From NCBI GenBank assembly GCA_963733055.1, contig CAVTBR010000001.1:1056001-1120000 (forward strand): 64,000 nucleotides of DNA. Reading direction: 5' to 3'. Positions 10,520 to 20,545 of this stretch are shown one piece after another. Position 1 is the first letter of the stretch, and each line of letters begins with the position of its first letter. Source of the DNA: Candidatus Bathyarchaeota archaeon. GTDB lineage: Archaea; Thermoproteota; Bathyarchaeia; 40CM-2-53-6. The notes beneath the pieces are model-generated. The model did not search any database and was not told the DNA's origin. It was given only the letters and a program-made list of their open reading frames with translations. The translations under genes were made by a program, and so were the position numbers.

Positions 10520-11591
10520 TTGGTGACGGTCAGAGTGGTGTCTTCGTTTAGGAGCGTGGCAATTGGTTGCTGTTTCCTACTTGCTACGCTTGTTGGCATC
10601 CTGATGCTCGCGTATGATGATTTGCTGAGGATCACGCCCAATTATCATTGGGTTGTCGTGATTGCGTTCTGCGTTATGGATGCGATACTGGGAGTGCAGG
10701 TGCTGATGACGGCCGCTGTGGGCGTGTGGGAGAAGATTGCAATTCGTGTGGCGGCCGTCTGGTCTCTATTCGTTCTGGTGGCTGTGCTTGGGGATGTTGT
10801 TTTAACGCTTCAACTTCCAGCCGACTATCCGATCATTACTGTTTGGCAATCGTTTCAGTATCTTTTCTTGGGCTTGAACGGAAACCCAGTTCCATTCGCA
10901 GTTCCCGCCCTATTTACGCTCCAAGCCATCGCAGCTTTGCTAGGGCTAGTTCCAGGTAAGGGTGGTAGTTGGTTTCATGTTGACTCATTGCCGACTCGGA
11001 AAACCATCGTAGCAATAGCGTTGATTGCATTGGTTGTGATGGGTATGAGGCCCACCTACCTCTTCTTGGGCTCAAACGGACTGTTGTCCACGGTGGTGCC
11101 CGCTTCGTCGAAACGCGACCCAGATAACACCACCTCCTCTGAAGCAATCTCCCTTGCCTTACGATTTGTCGAACAGGACTGTGTTCGTGACCCTAGTGGC
11201 CGTCGTCAACCCTATGCTGCCTTACAATTTCAACGACACGCGGTTTGGCCATTTGGTAATCTATATTCCCGCAAATTGGACGATACATTTGATCTTCATA
11301 AATCGGGAAGGTTTTCCGCACAGCGCGGTACTGATGGAGGCTAATGCACCTTCGCCCACAACTATCGATCCGACAGCGATCATTCTTGGCCAAATCCCCC
11401 ACGATGCCATGACGGGCGGTTTTCTGCTGAACGGTGAATCGGGTTCTATGATAGTCCATGGTTTAGCGTCGGGAAGATACTGGGTGGTGTGCGCGTTCAA
11501 CTACCCGGTCCCACACGCTGAGGAAGGAATGTGGGTTGTTGTACAGGTTGCAAACCAAGTTAATGCTCCATACTTCGCAATACTCCCGTAA
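10520..11591 (+). pseudogene. Membrane protein fused to a sulfocyanin-like blue-copper domain, split by a +1 frameshift near 11111 (possibly a sequencing error)
   Basis: Removing one A from TCGAAACGCG joins ORF 10520 (about 5 TM helices) to ORF 11154 through the linker SSNATQITPPPLKQSPLPY; Cu ligands H (GFPHS) and CAFNYPVPHAEEGM. Confidence 0.7.
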
Positions 11592-11796
11592 CGTTCTCGA
11601 AAACGTGCTTCCCGCGATCACTATTGTGATTCGTCGAATCTACTCTTCTTCGGCGATAGAGGCTCTACACAGTTATTGCCAAGTTAATGGAATTTTCCTG
11701 GGCGCGATGGCTATACAATATGTGCTCGCAGGTATACAATTCTATTATCTAGTCTCACACGACAGGCGCTAAGACGATACGTACAGCGAACAGGAC

Positions 11797-12090
11797 TTGA
11801 GCGTTGGAATGAAGCGAAGTCGCGAGTCATACTTCGTCTACATTCTTCTCTGCGCCGATGGCAGCTACTACACAGGATACACAAACAACCCAGCCAACAG
11901 ATTCATGCAACATTCGAAGGGCCAAGGAGCCCGTTATACAAAGATGCACAAACCACACGGCATCGCCTACCTCCAAAGCCTCAAAACTCGAAGTGAGGCA
12001 ATGAGACGAGAACGACAAATCAAAACATACACGCATGAGCAGAAACGGAGCCTCATAGAAAGCGTAGCGCGCGTAGAAACCGAAAAGTGA
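11797..12090 (+). CDS. GIY-YIG nuclease family protein (UPF0213)
   Basis: YFVYILLCADGSYYTGYT, R..QH..G.GARYT, EAMRRERQIK. Confidence 0.9.
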   Translation: MSVGMKRSRESYFVYILLCADGSYYTGYTNNPANRFMQHSKGQGARYTKMHKPHGIAYLQSLKTRSEAMRRERQIKTYTHEQKRSLIESVARVETEK

Positions 12091-12155
12091 TGCATACCAA
12101 GACACCCATGCCTCAGGAGTGAAGTCCTAATGTCTCAACTATCTTGCGATTCTAC

Positions 12156-13247
12156 CTATTTGACGATCGTTACGATGTCGTGGTCTTGGACGACGTGATC
12201 CATTCCGACACGCTGCGGGCTGAATCTTACGCTCTTCCCTGAGACTAAGGCGAATTTGGCCTCGCCTGCGAATTTTCTATGGATTTTTTCGCATACATCG
12301 TAGATCGTTGATCCGGCTGTGATGATGAGGGGGTCTTCGAAGTCGGGTGAGCCGTTGCGTGGTTTCAAGTAGACTTTGATCAGCTGTAGGCGATCAAAGA
12401 TTGCTTTCTTCAATTCATCCAAGTTCACGCTGTGATCCGCCGAGATTGGGATTATGTCTTGACCGATTCGTCCTCTTGCTTCGGTTACGTACTTGGGGCT
12501 GACCAGGTCTATCTTGTTGAGAATTGTTACTGAAGGGATGTATTTGCGGTTTCCAACTATTAGGTCGATGAGTTGGTCGTCGGTTATGTCCTCTCGGAGG
12601 ATGATGCTGCCGTGGTTGATTTTGTAGATGTTCATTATTGCGCGGACGGTGGCTTCGGTTAGATGGGTTAGTTTGCAGGCTGCGGTTATGCCCAACCCGC
12701 CCTGAGTGGCTCGGTTTATCGTAACATTAGGAGGTCGCGTGTCGAGCCTGATTCCAATCTCATAGAGCTCCTTGACCAAGGTGCTGACTTGGTCCGGTTG
12801 GAATACATCTAGAACGAGTAGGATTAGGTCAGCGTTCTTCGCAACCGACAGAACCCGTTTTCCTCTACCTGTGCCAGTTGCCGCTCCTGAGATGATTCCG
12901 GGTAGATCAAGAATTTGTATCCTCGCCCCTTGGTACTCGAGCAGGCCTGGGACGACGGTTAAGGTTGTGAACGCGTATGGAGCGACCCTGGATTTGGCGT
13001 TCGTAAGGTGGTTTAGGATGGTTGACTTTCCTACGCTTGGTAAGCCAATCAGGACGACGGTGCAATCCCCACCCTTCTTCAGTTCGAACCCTGCGCCACT
13101 CTGTTTGGAGGATTGCGCGTGTTCTTGTTCCGCCTTGAGTTTAGCAAGTTTGGCCTTCAGCAAACCTATGTGGTGTTCGGTGTGTTTGTGTATCTGAGTA
13201 TGGCTCATCTCCTCCTCGATGGCCTTGATCTTCTCAGGTACTCCCAT
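12156..13247 (-). CDS. DRG/OBG-family GTP-binding protein with TGS domain
   Basis: GLPSVGKST, YAFTTL, DLPGII, NKID, C-terminal TGS domain (VGMDHVVQDHDIV). Confidence 0.95.
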   Translation of the reverse strand: MGVPEKIKAIEEEMSHTQIHKHTEHHIGLLKAKLAKLKAEQEHAQSSKQSGAGFELKKGGDCTVVLIGLPSVGKSTILNHLTNAKSRVAPYAFTTLTVVPGLLEYQGARIQILDLPGIISGAATGTGRGKRVLSVAKNADLILLVLDVFQPDQVSTLVKELYEIGIRLDTRPPNVTINRATQGGLGITAACKLTHLTEATVRAIMNIYKINHGSIILREDITDDQLIDLIVGNRKYIPSVTILNKIDLVSPKYVTEARGRIGQDIIPISADHSVNLDELKKAIFDRLQLIKVYLKPRNGSPDFEDPLIITAGSTIYDVCEKIHRKFAGEAKFALVSGKSVRFSPQRVGMDHVVQDHDIVTIVK

Positions 13248-13311
13248 ACTCGCCTTCTCCAGTTACGAACTTGGTTACAATTGGCAATAAACCGAACTTC
13301 AGAGGCTTCTT

Positions 13312-13632
13312 TCACTTCGGGTTTTCGCAAGTCGGAGAAAGCGCATAGTGGTTCTTCTTCGCCTCTTGGAACGCATTCGCGTCAAACCCCTTGTCAGCCT
13401 TGTAAATTACCTTATGGCAAGTTCCGCATTCAATTCCGGTAGGGTCCAGGGTCGGCGCTTGCCTTCCAGCGCCGGCTAAGAGTAGGCCTTTCGGCGCAAT
13501 ACGCTTGATCGGCCCGCCGAGTTCAACCGAATCCTTTCTGGGGGCTGGTCTCCACTCGGCGCCACCACATCTAGAACATTTCTGCCGATTGGTTTTAGCC
13601 GCTAAACCGCATGATGCGCATATCCAATTCAT
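13312..13632 (-). CDS. Small double zinc-finger protein
   Basis: WICASC...CSRCG at the N-terminus; CGTC...HY...C at the C-terminus. Confidence 0.6.
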   Translation of the reverse strand: MNWICASCGLAAKTNRQKCSRCGGAEWRPAPRKDSVELGGPIKRIAPKGLLLAGAGRQAPTLDPTGIECGTCHKVIYKADKGFDANAFQEAKKNHYALSPTCENPK

Positions 13633-13880
13633 TTCTAAGCCATCGCGTAGGAGAATAGTTGACTCCTAGTGTTTCTATTCAAGTTGTCTTGTGATTGTGA
13701 AACCCTAACAGGAGCATTGGTTACCCAGAAAATCATCGCGTTATATTTGTGGGGATTTCACGTTTAGGTTCACGTTGGGCGTTATCCCCGACCCCAATTG
13801 ATCGGTTAATTGTTTTGGATCACGAGAGAAGGGTAGTGCGTATGTAGAAGATAAAGGGCACGGGTCATTTCCCGCGAGAT

Positions 13881-14036
13881 TCACCATCGTTTGTAGTACT
13901 TTCGGTGTCTACCGCATCGCGTGCAGGTGGCGTCACGGTAGGGTTTGCCGATGGAGGGTTTCTTCCGTTCCCAAGCAAGATCATGTTTCGTTTCGGATTC
14001 GCACTTCTCACAGTAGAGCGTTACCCATTCGACCAA
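13881..14036 (-). CDS. 51-aa zinc-ribbon mini-protein (not in ORF track)
   Basis: TTG start after GGGGATG; MVEWVTLYCEKCESETKHDLAWERKKPSIGKPYRDATCTRCGRHRKYYKRW. Confidence 0.6.
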   Translation of the reverse strand: MVEWVTLYCEKCESETKHDLAWERKKPSIGKPYRDATCTRCGRHRKYYKRW

Positions 14037-14409
14037 GCCCAAACATCCCCTTGGAGTGCGCTAGTTCGCCCCCACGCTTAGGATCCCGCCCGTAACTGTC
14101 TAGTTCCCATAGATTGGAATACTCCGGCGGGAGTTTCTTCAGTTTCTTGATTGAGTGGATCTGGATAGTCGCTTGAGCTAATGGGCCGCTTTTGACGGAG
14201 AACATGTAGGTTGAGGAGGCTTCTCCTCTGCTGCGAATTTCAATCTGCAACCCCTTACAATGAGACTTACCTCGACGTCCAGCAATCAGCAAAGAGTCAT
14301 GGAACCCAGTAAGGCTGAGGTTATGCTTCCTCGCAAGTTGAAGTAGGTAAATCAGATCCCTATCCCGACCCCGAGCAGTCGGAACGTTTCCTATCCCTGG
14401 AATGATGTT
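14008..14409 (-). CDS. Hypothetical protein (start uncertain)
   Basis: Frame stays open about 39 codons upstream of the called start (IPGIGNVPTARGRDRDLIYLLQLARKHNLSL...) with no canonical start codon. Confidence 0.35.
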   Translation of the reverse strand, partial: NIIPGIGNVPTARGRDRDLIYLLQLARKHNLSLTGFHDSLLIAGRRGKSHCKGLQIEIRSRGEASSTYMFSVKSGPLAQATIQIHSIKKLKKLPPEYSNLWELDSYGRDPKRGGELAHSKGMFGLGRMGNALL

Positions 14410-14601
14410 TCAACTCCGCAGGCGGGGCACTACGACGTCATTCGTAATAAAATCGACGGGAATTATGCCCAAGAATCATGCCCGCGCGTGTGAGACCTAC
14501 TTGAACCTTCTGTTTTGCGGAGCCTTCAAAGCTATTATTGAACGGTCCCTTCGCAGTTGGGAAACAAGGTACAGTGCAGTCTCCTGCGGTTGGTGATTTA
14601 G

Positions 14602-16329
14602 CTGGTTGACTTCTGCTCCGAATGCGGGGCTTACATCTCTCCTAAGCAAGGGGGCTGTGCTCATTGCAAACCTCTTCAGGTCAAGGAATTTCAACCGCTC
14701 AACCTCCCAATTGCAAGCCTCACGAATGAGGATGTTCTAAGATACTTCCCATGTGCCACAATGAGAAAGTATCAGCGGGAGATTATTACCCAAACCGTTC
14801 AAGCCTATCAGTCTGGGAAGAAGTGCGTCATCGTAATCGCGCCTACGGGTTTCGGAAAGTCCCTCGTCAACGCCGCATTTACTTCAGTCACCAAGTCGTT
14901 CTACGTCACACCACAGCTAGCCCTCATTGATCAGTTACTCGCGGATCCTAACTTGAGAGGTCGCTTTGTTGAGATTAAGGGCCGCCAAAACTACCAATGC
15001 TACTACAGCCCGCGCCGCGGAGTGCACGTCGGCAAATGTGTGACGGAGGGATATCCTTGCAACGAACGTTTGGATGTCTGCCCATACTGGATGCAGAAAC
15101 ACCTGGCTTCACAATCGCCAAGTATCCTCATGAGCTTAGCCTACCTGATCTTTGAGGGCACGACGGAAGGAAGCGAAACCTACCTTGGAACACGACCCCT
15201 ACTCGTCTTAGATGAGGCCCATAACCTAGAAGAGCAATGCCTCAATCACATCTCCCTAAAATTCACACCCTTCTCAGTCCCATACGAAATCTATCACAAA
15301 CTTCTCCCCAACTTGAAGAATGTGCGTAGCAGGATCGACTTGGATGTCTTCCTAGCCGACGTTGCCGGCTACCTGAAACTAATGCTGGGACGCCTGGAAA
15401 CGAAGAGTGAACAGAACGCGATTTCGCTGATCGAAGCTGAGAATAGACAGCTCATGGAAAGGTTCCTTGAGAACTACAGCCTATTCATGTTCTCAAAATC
15501 CGAATGGGTTTGGAATGTTCGCAACGACCAACTCATCCTCCAACCAGTCTTCGCGAGAGAGTTCATGAAGGATCTGGTTTGGAAGAGAGGCGAGAATTTC
15601 CTGATTTCATCCGCCACTATCCTCGACCCGGATGAATACGTGAAGCTCAACGGCCTAACCGATCTCTTGAAAGAGGACGAGATTGAGATTCTCGAAGCGC
15701 CAAGTACATTCCCACCGGCAAACCGCCCGATAATTGATTCAAGCGTCGGCCCACTTACCATGCAACAATGGGACAACAACATGCCCTTAGCGGTGGCTGC
15801 TGTCGAAAAGATCCTCAACGAAGAGAAGGGTAACGTGGCAATTCATTCGCACTCTTATCGGCATCAACGCGCTCTGGTTGCCCATCTTTCACCGAAATTC
15901 AAAAGCAGGCTCATTGTGCATACAGGCGAGGACCGGGAAGAGAAACTGCAGGAATGGATGAGGTCCCGGGGTAAAGTCTTCGTTTCAGTCGCCTTCAATG
16001 AAGGGCAAGATTGGAAGTATGAAGTATGCTCCGCTCAAATCTTGTTTAAGGTTCCTTTCGCGGACATTGGTGATAGAAGGGTCAAGAGGCGGTTGGAGCT
16101 CGGGCATCGCCAGTGGTACTTGAATCAGGCGATGTTGGAAGTGATTCAAGCGTACGGCCGCGCGGTTAGGGCTGAGGACGATGTTGCGAGGTTCTATGTG
16201 GTCGATGGGAGTTGCACGGAATTGATCAAGAATACGTGGCAGTTCATCCCAGACTGGTTCAAAGCCGCCCTCCCAGCAACCTTCAAGCCGGACCCAATAA
16301 CGAACCCAACTCACGGATCTTCGTCTTAA
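14602..16329 (+). CDS. DinG/XPD-family SF2 helicase with Fe-S motif and N-terminal Zn ribbon (probable CTG start)
   Basis: YFP..TMRKYQ Q-motif region, APTGFGKS, KGRQNYQC...C...C...CPY, LDEAH, SAT, QAYGRAVR; upstream in-frame CSEC...CAHC after an SD-like GGTGAT. Confidence 0.88.
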   Translation: MVDFCSECGAYISPKQGGCAHCKPLQVKEFQPLNLPIASLTNEDVLRYFPCATMRKYQREIITQTVQAYQSGKKCVIVIAPTGFGKSLVNAAFTSVTKSFYVTPQLALIDQLLADPNLRGRFVEIKGRQNYQCYYSPRRGVHVGKCVTEGYPCNERLDVCPYWMQKHLASQSPSILMSLAYLIFEGTTEGSETYLGTRPLLVLDEAHNLEEQCLNHISLKFTPFSVPYEIYHKLLPNLKNVRSRIDLDVFLADVAGYLKLMLGRLETKSEQNAISLIEAENRQLMERFLENYSLFMFSKSEWVWNVRNDQLILQPVFAREFMKDLVWKRGENFLISSATILDPDEYVKLNGLTDLLKEDEIEILEAPSTFPPANRPIIDSSVGPLTMQQWDNNMPLAVAAVEKILNEEKGNVAIHSHSYRHQRALVAHLSPKFKSRLIVHTGEDREEKLQEWMRSRGKVFVSVAFNEGQDWKYEVCSAQILFKVPFADIGDRRVKRRLELGHRQWYLNQAMLEVIQAYGRAVRAEDDVARFYVVDGSCTELIKNTWQFIPDWFKAALPATFKPDPITNPTHGSSS

Positions 16330-16415
16330 AACCTGGAACGCGTCTTCAACAGTAATTCGGGCGTCCCGTGTGGGCGAGTGTTCTGATAGAGCGTTGGGAA
16401 AGTTGCTTCGTCTAA

Positions 16416-17171
16416 TTATGGCGAGATCGAGCTTACCGTCATGTAGTTGCCTGGGCACGCCGCTCCGTTCGGGGCTGAGTTGTAGCCTAGGTGCATCTGT
16501 CCAGTAGCGATCGCCCATGACCCGACTGGGGGAATGGAGGCTGGCAGGTTATGTAGAGTGTAGTATTGGTAGGACAAGAACCCGTATGGGCTGTATATTG
16601 GAATTGCAAGTTCTGTGCATCCGTTCGGGTTCTGATATATGTATCCGACGCATTGCATCGTGCTATTGCCGTTCGGCGATTGGCAGTAATCGTAAATGCC
16701 GTCGCATGCGGTGCCAGTGTAACAACTGGCGTAATTGACGTACTTTGTGTTCGGATCTACTGCCGCGGTTTCAGAAGTATGTAGGATCGGTGACTGTCCG
16801 TTATAGACCGATATTGCGACCCGAACGCTATGCCATTCTTCACTAGAAGACAGCGTAAAGACAAGTTGCCCTTTGTACGTGTTGCTACCGGTCGCTGAGA
16901 GGAGGGTTGTATTAGATGAAGCTAGATTTGCATTTGTAGTGGCTTCATAGGCGTTTCCGGCCGCAGACAATTGGCCACCGGTGAACGAGCATTGTGCTGA
17001 TATCGGCACTATCACGGCGATATTCGGGTTGCTATAGTACGATCCAGTGATGAATGAACCGGTTTGAACAGTGCACGCACTGGCTGAAACTGGGATGCTG
17101 CTTGCGATAGCTCCAACGGCTATTCCCAAAAGCAAGGTTACCAACACTATGCCAAAGCTGCGTGCTGTCAA
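16416..17171 (-). CDS. Secreted Cys-rich hypothetical protein
   Basis: N-terminal hydrophobic helix, Ig-like middle region, Cys-containing C-terminal domain. Confidence 0.65.
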   Translation of the reverse strand: MTARSFGIVLVTLLLGIAVGAIASSIPVSASACTVQTGSFITGSYYSNPNIAVIVPISAQCSFTGGQLSAAGNAYEATTNANLASSNTTLLSATGSNTYKGQLVFTLSSSEEWHSVRVAISVYNGQSPILHTSETAAVDPNTKYVNYASCYTGTACDGIYDYCQSPNGNSTMQCVGYIYQNPNGCTELAIPIYSPYGFLSYQYYTLHNLPASIPPVGSWAIATGQMHLGYNSAPNGAACPGNYMTVSSISP

Positions 17172-17552
17172 GAGATCTCAATCAGCGAAGAGACCGGCGC
17201 TGGTCTTAATTCTAAGTAGCAAAAATCCACTAACCGAAGCCACATTCCACCAGGTAGACATTGAGATTCGAAGACTGCAGAAAGTAAGAGAAAGATCAAC
17301 AATGAAGTCAGGAAAGTCGCAGATCATGACCTATGCGTACAGTCGCAATCGATCTCCTTGAATGTCTAACGTGCTTTAGGCAGCATCACAAACGGCAAGT
17401 GCTCAATGAAATTCACGAAACAATGGCGTGCCACACGAGGCACGTCCAAGAAATTGATCTGAGAGGTCCGAGGTCCCGGGGGGGCGTGGAGCAAAGAGCT
17501 TTAAAGACCTAAAGCTTGACTTGGCTATGTAAGATAGCAGTTACTAAACTAG

Positions 17553-17566
17553 TTAGGTTCATCTAA
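17553..17566. promoter_or_regulatory. Putative DtxR/MntR-family operator
   Basis: TTAGGTTCATCTAA palindrome (TTAG-N6-CTAA) just before the mntH start, downstream of a TTTAAA box near 17500. Confidence 0.5.
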
Positions 17567-17567
17567 G

Positions 17568-18890
17568 TTGGAGCTCAGGCGATTCGTTAGCAAGCATCGT
17601 GCGCTTTTCATGTTTGCGGGTCCGGCACTGATCACTAGTATGGCGTACATGGACCCGGGGAACTATGGGACGGACATTCAGGCTGGGGCGGCTTTCAACT
17701 ATGGTTTGCTTTGGGTTGTCTGGATGGCGAATTTCATGGCTATGCTGCTCCAATATCTGTCCGGAAAATTGGGAATAGCAACAGGTAGTGATTTGGCGGG
17801 TCTCGTCAGAGAATCTCTCAAAAAATCCAGGTTTGACATTCTCTTGAACTGGGTCGGGGCCGAAGCTGCAATCGCAGCTACCGATCTTGCCGAATACTTG
17901 GGGACTGTTATTGCGCTGAACATACTCTTCAACATCCCCCTCCTGTATGCGTCGATCTTCGGAGCAGCTGACATCCTAATTTTGCTAGCTCTGACAAGGC
18001 GGCGTTTCAGGTCGCTTGAATACTTCTTCATGGTATTCATTTCTATCATCGGTTTCGGTTTCCTATACGAAGTCTTCGTGACCGGCCTAAGTCTGACCCA
18101 GCTTGCCCAGTCCTTTGTTTCACCCGCGTTCAGCCCCGACAACATCGTTTTGATCGTTGGCATCATCGGCGCGACCGTCATGCCCCATGCCCTGTACGTC
18201 CATTCCACGCTGACGAGAGACAAGGTGGTGGATCACACCGCTGATGGAAGGAAACACTTGCTGAAGCTCCATACCACCGAAAGTATAATCGCCTTCACGA
18301 TAGCCGGACTGGTTAATGCGGCAATACTGATCGTGAGCGCTCAAGTCTTCTACCCGAAGTTCAGCAACATATCAGAAGTATCTCAAGCATATCGCATAAT
18401 GATACCGATCTACGGCCCGCTTGCAGCTATCGTGTTCGCGGTGACACTGCTTTGCTCCGGCCTTGCCTCCTCGACAACCGGAACATTAGCCGGACAAGCA
18501 GTCATGGACGGATTACTGGGGACAAAAGTAAACAAAACGATCAGGAGGGTTATTACTAGAGGTTTCAACGTCTTCCCCACGACGATAGCAGTGCTTCTAG
18601 GTTTCGATCCGCTGCAGCTGTTGGTCTACAGTCAAGTACTGCTAAGCCTGATGATCGCGTTACCGATGATTCCTTTGTTGCATTTTACCGCTAAGAAGGA
18701 CCTCATGGGCCAGCTTGTTAACAAACGCATAACCACACTCTTCGCCGTGTTAACCGGGGCAGTGATTGTGGCGCTGAACACTTACCTGATATACTATCTT
18801 ATGGCTTCGTTCAGCGTCTACTTGCAGGCTTTGGTTCTAGCTGCTTATGGTGCCTATCACGTGTACCTTGTCTACGCTACGATGCGATAA
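17568..18890 (+). CDS. mntH: Nramp-family divalent metal (Mn2+/Fe2+) transporter
   Basis: AYMDPGN and GATVMPHALY motifs; about 11-12 TM helices. Confidence 0.95.
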   Translation: MELRRFVSKHRALFMFAGPALITSMAYMDPGNYGTDIQAGAAFNYGLLWVVWMANFMAMLLQYLSGKLGIATGSDLAGLVRESLKKSRFDILLNWVGAEAAIAATDLAEYLGTVIALNILFNIPLLYASIFGAADILILLALTRRRFRSLEYFFMVFISIIGFGFLYEVFVTGLSLTQLAQSFVSPAFSPDNIVLIVGIIGATVMPHALYVHSTLTRDKVVDHTADGRKHLLKLHTTESIIAFTIAGLVNAAILIVSAQVFYPKFSNISEVSQAYRIMIPIYGPLAAIVFAVTLLCSGLASSTTGTLAGQAVMDGLLGTKVNKTIRRVITRGFNVFPTTIAVLLGFDPLQLLVYSQVLLSLMIALPMIPLLHFTAKKDLMGQLVNKRITTLFAVLTGAVIVALNTYLIYYLMASFSVYLQALVLAAYGAYHVYLVYATMR

Positions 18891-18919
18891 TGATGGTGAA
18901 AGGAGAAGGCTGCTGAGTT

Positions 18920-19417
18920 ATGGGAAGTGCGAGTGCGATGACACAAAGCTCGGCTCTGAACCCCGTGTTCGACCTCACTAGAGTAGAGGATTACCTTGAG
19001 GTCGTATACGACCTCGTACAGACGAAAGGCTACGCAGGGTCAACGGATATTGCGGAACGTTTGGGTGTCAAATCGCCCAGTGTCACAAACATGCTTCAAA
19101 GATTAGATGGAATGGGACTCATTGTCTATGAACGCTACCGCGGCCTAAGACTCACCCCCAAAGGAGAGGATATGGCGCGATTCATAAAACAGAAACATCT
19201 GACAATAATCAGATTCCTTCAGATTCTAGGCGTCGAGGAGAAGACAACGAAATTGGACGCGGAAGGCATCGAGCACCACGTCCACAAAGAGACGGTAAAT
19301 CGTATGGAACGCTTTGTAGACTTTGTGAACAAACATCCTTCGTGGTTCAAGGTATTCGAGAATGCGGAAGACCGACGACTGAACAAGGGGCGTCAGACTC
19401 GGCATAGACTTCGATGA
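18920..19417 (+). CDS. mntR: DtxR/MntR-family metal-dependent transcriptional regulator
   Basis: EDYLE, DIAERLGVKSPSVTNML, YERYRGLRLT, DAEGIEHH. Confidence 0.9.
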   Translation: MGSASAMTQSSALNPVFDLTRVEDYLEVVYDLVQTKGYAGSTDIAERLGVKSPSVTNMLQRLDGMGLIVYERYRGLRLTPKGEDMARFIKQKHLTIIRFLQILGVEEKTTKLDAEGIEHHVHKETVNRMERFVDFVNKHPSWFKVFENAEDRRLNKGRQTRHRLR

Positions 19418-19757
19418 CAATTAGGGCATACAGGGCGTCCTTGGCCAATACTTTTCCCAACTTGTGTCAAATTCTACCGCGTTCTGCCGCCTGCTTGTCC
19501 CGCTCTACTGGCCATTTTCTTTCGTTTCTTTTGCCATTCAGGTCTCGTCAAATCAAGACCCATCCGTCACATTCAGCTGCATGCTGCGAATTGAAGAACC
19601 TTTCCTGTCTACGCTCGTCTGAATTGCAAAGCACACCGGTTGTCCCCCATCGTGTCATCGGGAGCAATTCTGGTCAGTCGACCGCTAATCCAAAACGTTT
19701 GTAGAAGACGCCTGACATAGGGTAATCGGCAAGAAATCGTAAACGGAGCGGAGAGAG

Positions 19758-19907
19758 TTGGCTGCAGGAACAAAGGAAGCTCACATGAAGTATTGCTCGA
19801 ATTGCGGTAAGAAAATCGAAAAACCTGTTCTTCATGAGGGGTATGCATTCTGCTCAGAACAATGCCGAGAATCATTCACACAGTCGCGACCTGCCCTGAA
19901 GCCGTGA
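19758..19907 (+). CDS. 49-aa TRASH/YHS-like metal-binding mini-protein (not in ORF track)
   Basis: TTG after GGAGAGAG; MAAGTKEAHMKYCSNCGKKIEKPVLHEGYAFCSEQCRESF; paralog at 24653. Confidence 0.65.
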   Translation: MAAGTKEAHMKYCSNCGKKIEKPVLHEGYAFCSEQCRESFTQSRPALKP

Positions 19908-20545
19908 CTGCTTCGGGTTCGAGTACTGAACAGGAGAGGGCGTATTCGCGCACTGACTCCAGTTTCATGAAACCTCGATATGACGAAAGGCGTACTCAGC
20001 AGTAGTTAGTGTGGGTTCGGCTGTGAAAGGAAAGGAGAGACGTAGAGTCAGAAGAATGAAAGAGACCAGCCGCAGAAAGGGAGAGAGAAGAAAGGAACGA
20101 AAACAGGAAAAGAACAGAACGAGGGCTAGCAAGTCTTATGACAAAAAGGAATTACGAAAGAGGGTCGCAAATTCCTAGCTGCGTGATCTGATTGCCTCAA
20201 ACTCAAGAGAAAAAGGCGCGAAGAAGAAAGAGAAGGAAGACCACGAGAGCTCACAACTAACCCAAGGGTTACTTCGAGCGACGTGAGTGCGTCGAGGATC
20301 GACTTTGATTTCACACGGAATCGCATGTGGGTTTTCGGATAGAAATCGTGCAGTTATCGGATTGAGGTTCGGAAGAGAGAGCTTAGTGTGTTGTTAATAT
20401 AGCGCGGACGACATATGTGTTACTAGAGGTAACAGCCAGAAACCGTGTGGCGCAGGCCACAATCTTGAGGCTCTCTAAGAACAGGCCTCTGAGTCTAGGT
20501 CAAGGCCGTTACCTCATTCATAGAAATTACATTTGATGATCGGAT

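Noticed and set aside
11797-12090. GIY-YIG gene as a homing endonuclease or mobile element
   Set aside because: Short stand-alone UPF0213 type with no intron/intein context or flanking repeats
12772-13197. Long antisense ORFs opposite the GTPase, thermosomes, mntH, ABC and trp genes
   Set aside because: Shadow frames of well-supported genes with no motifs of their own
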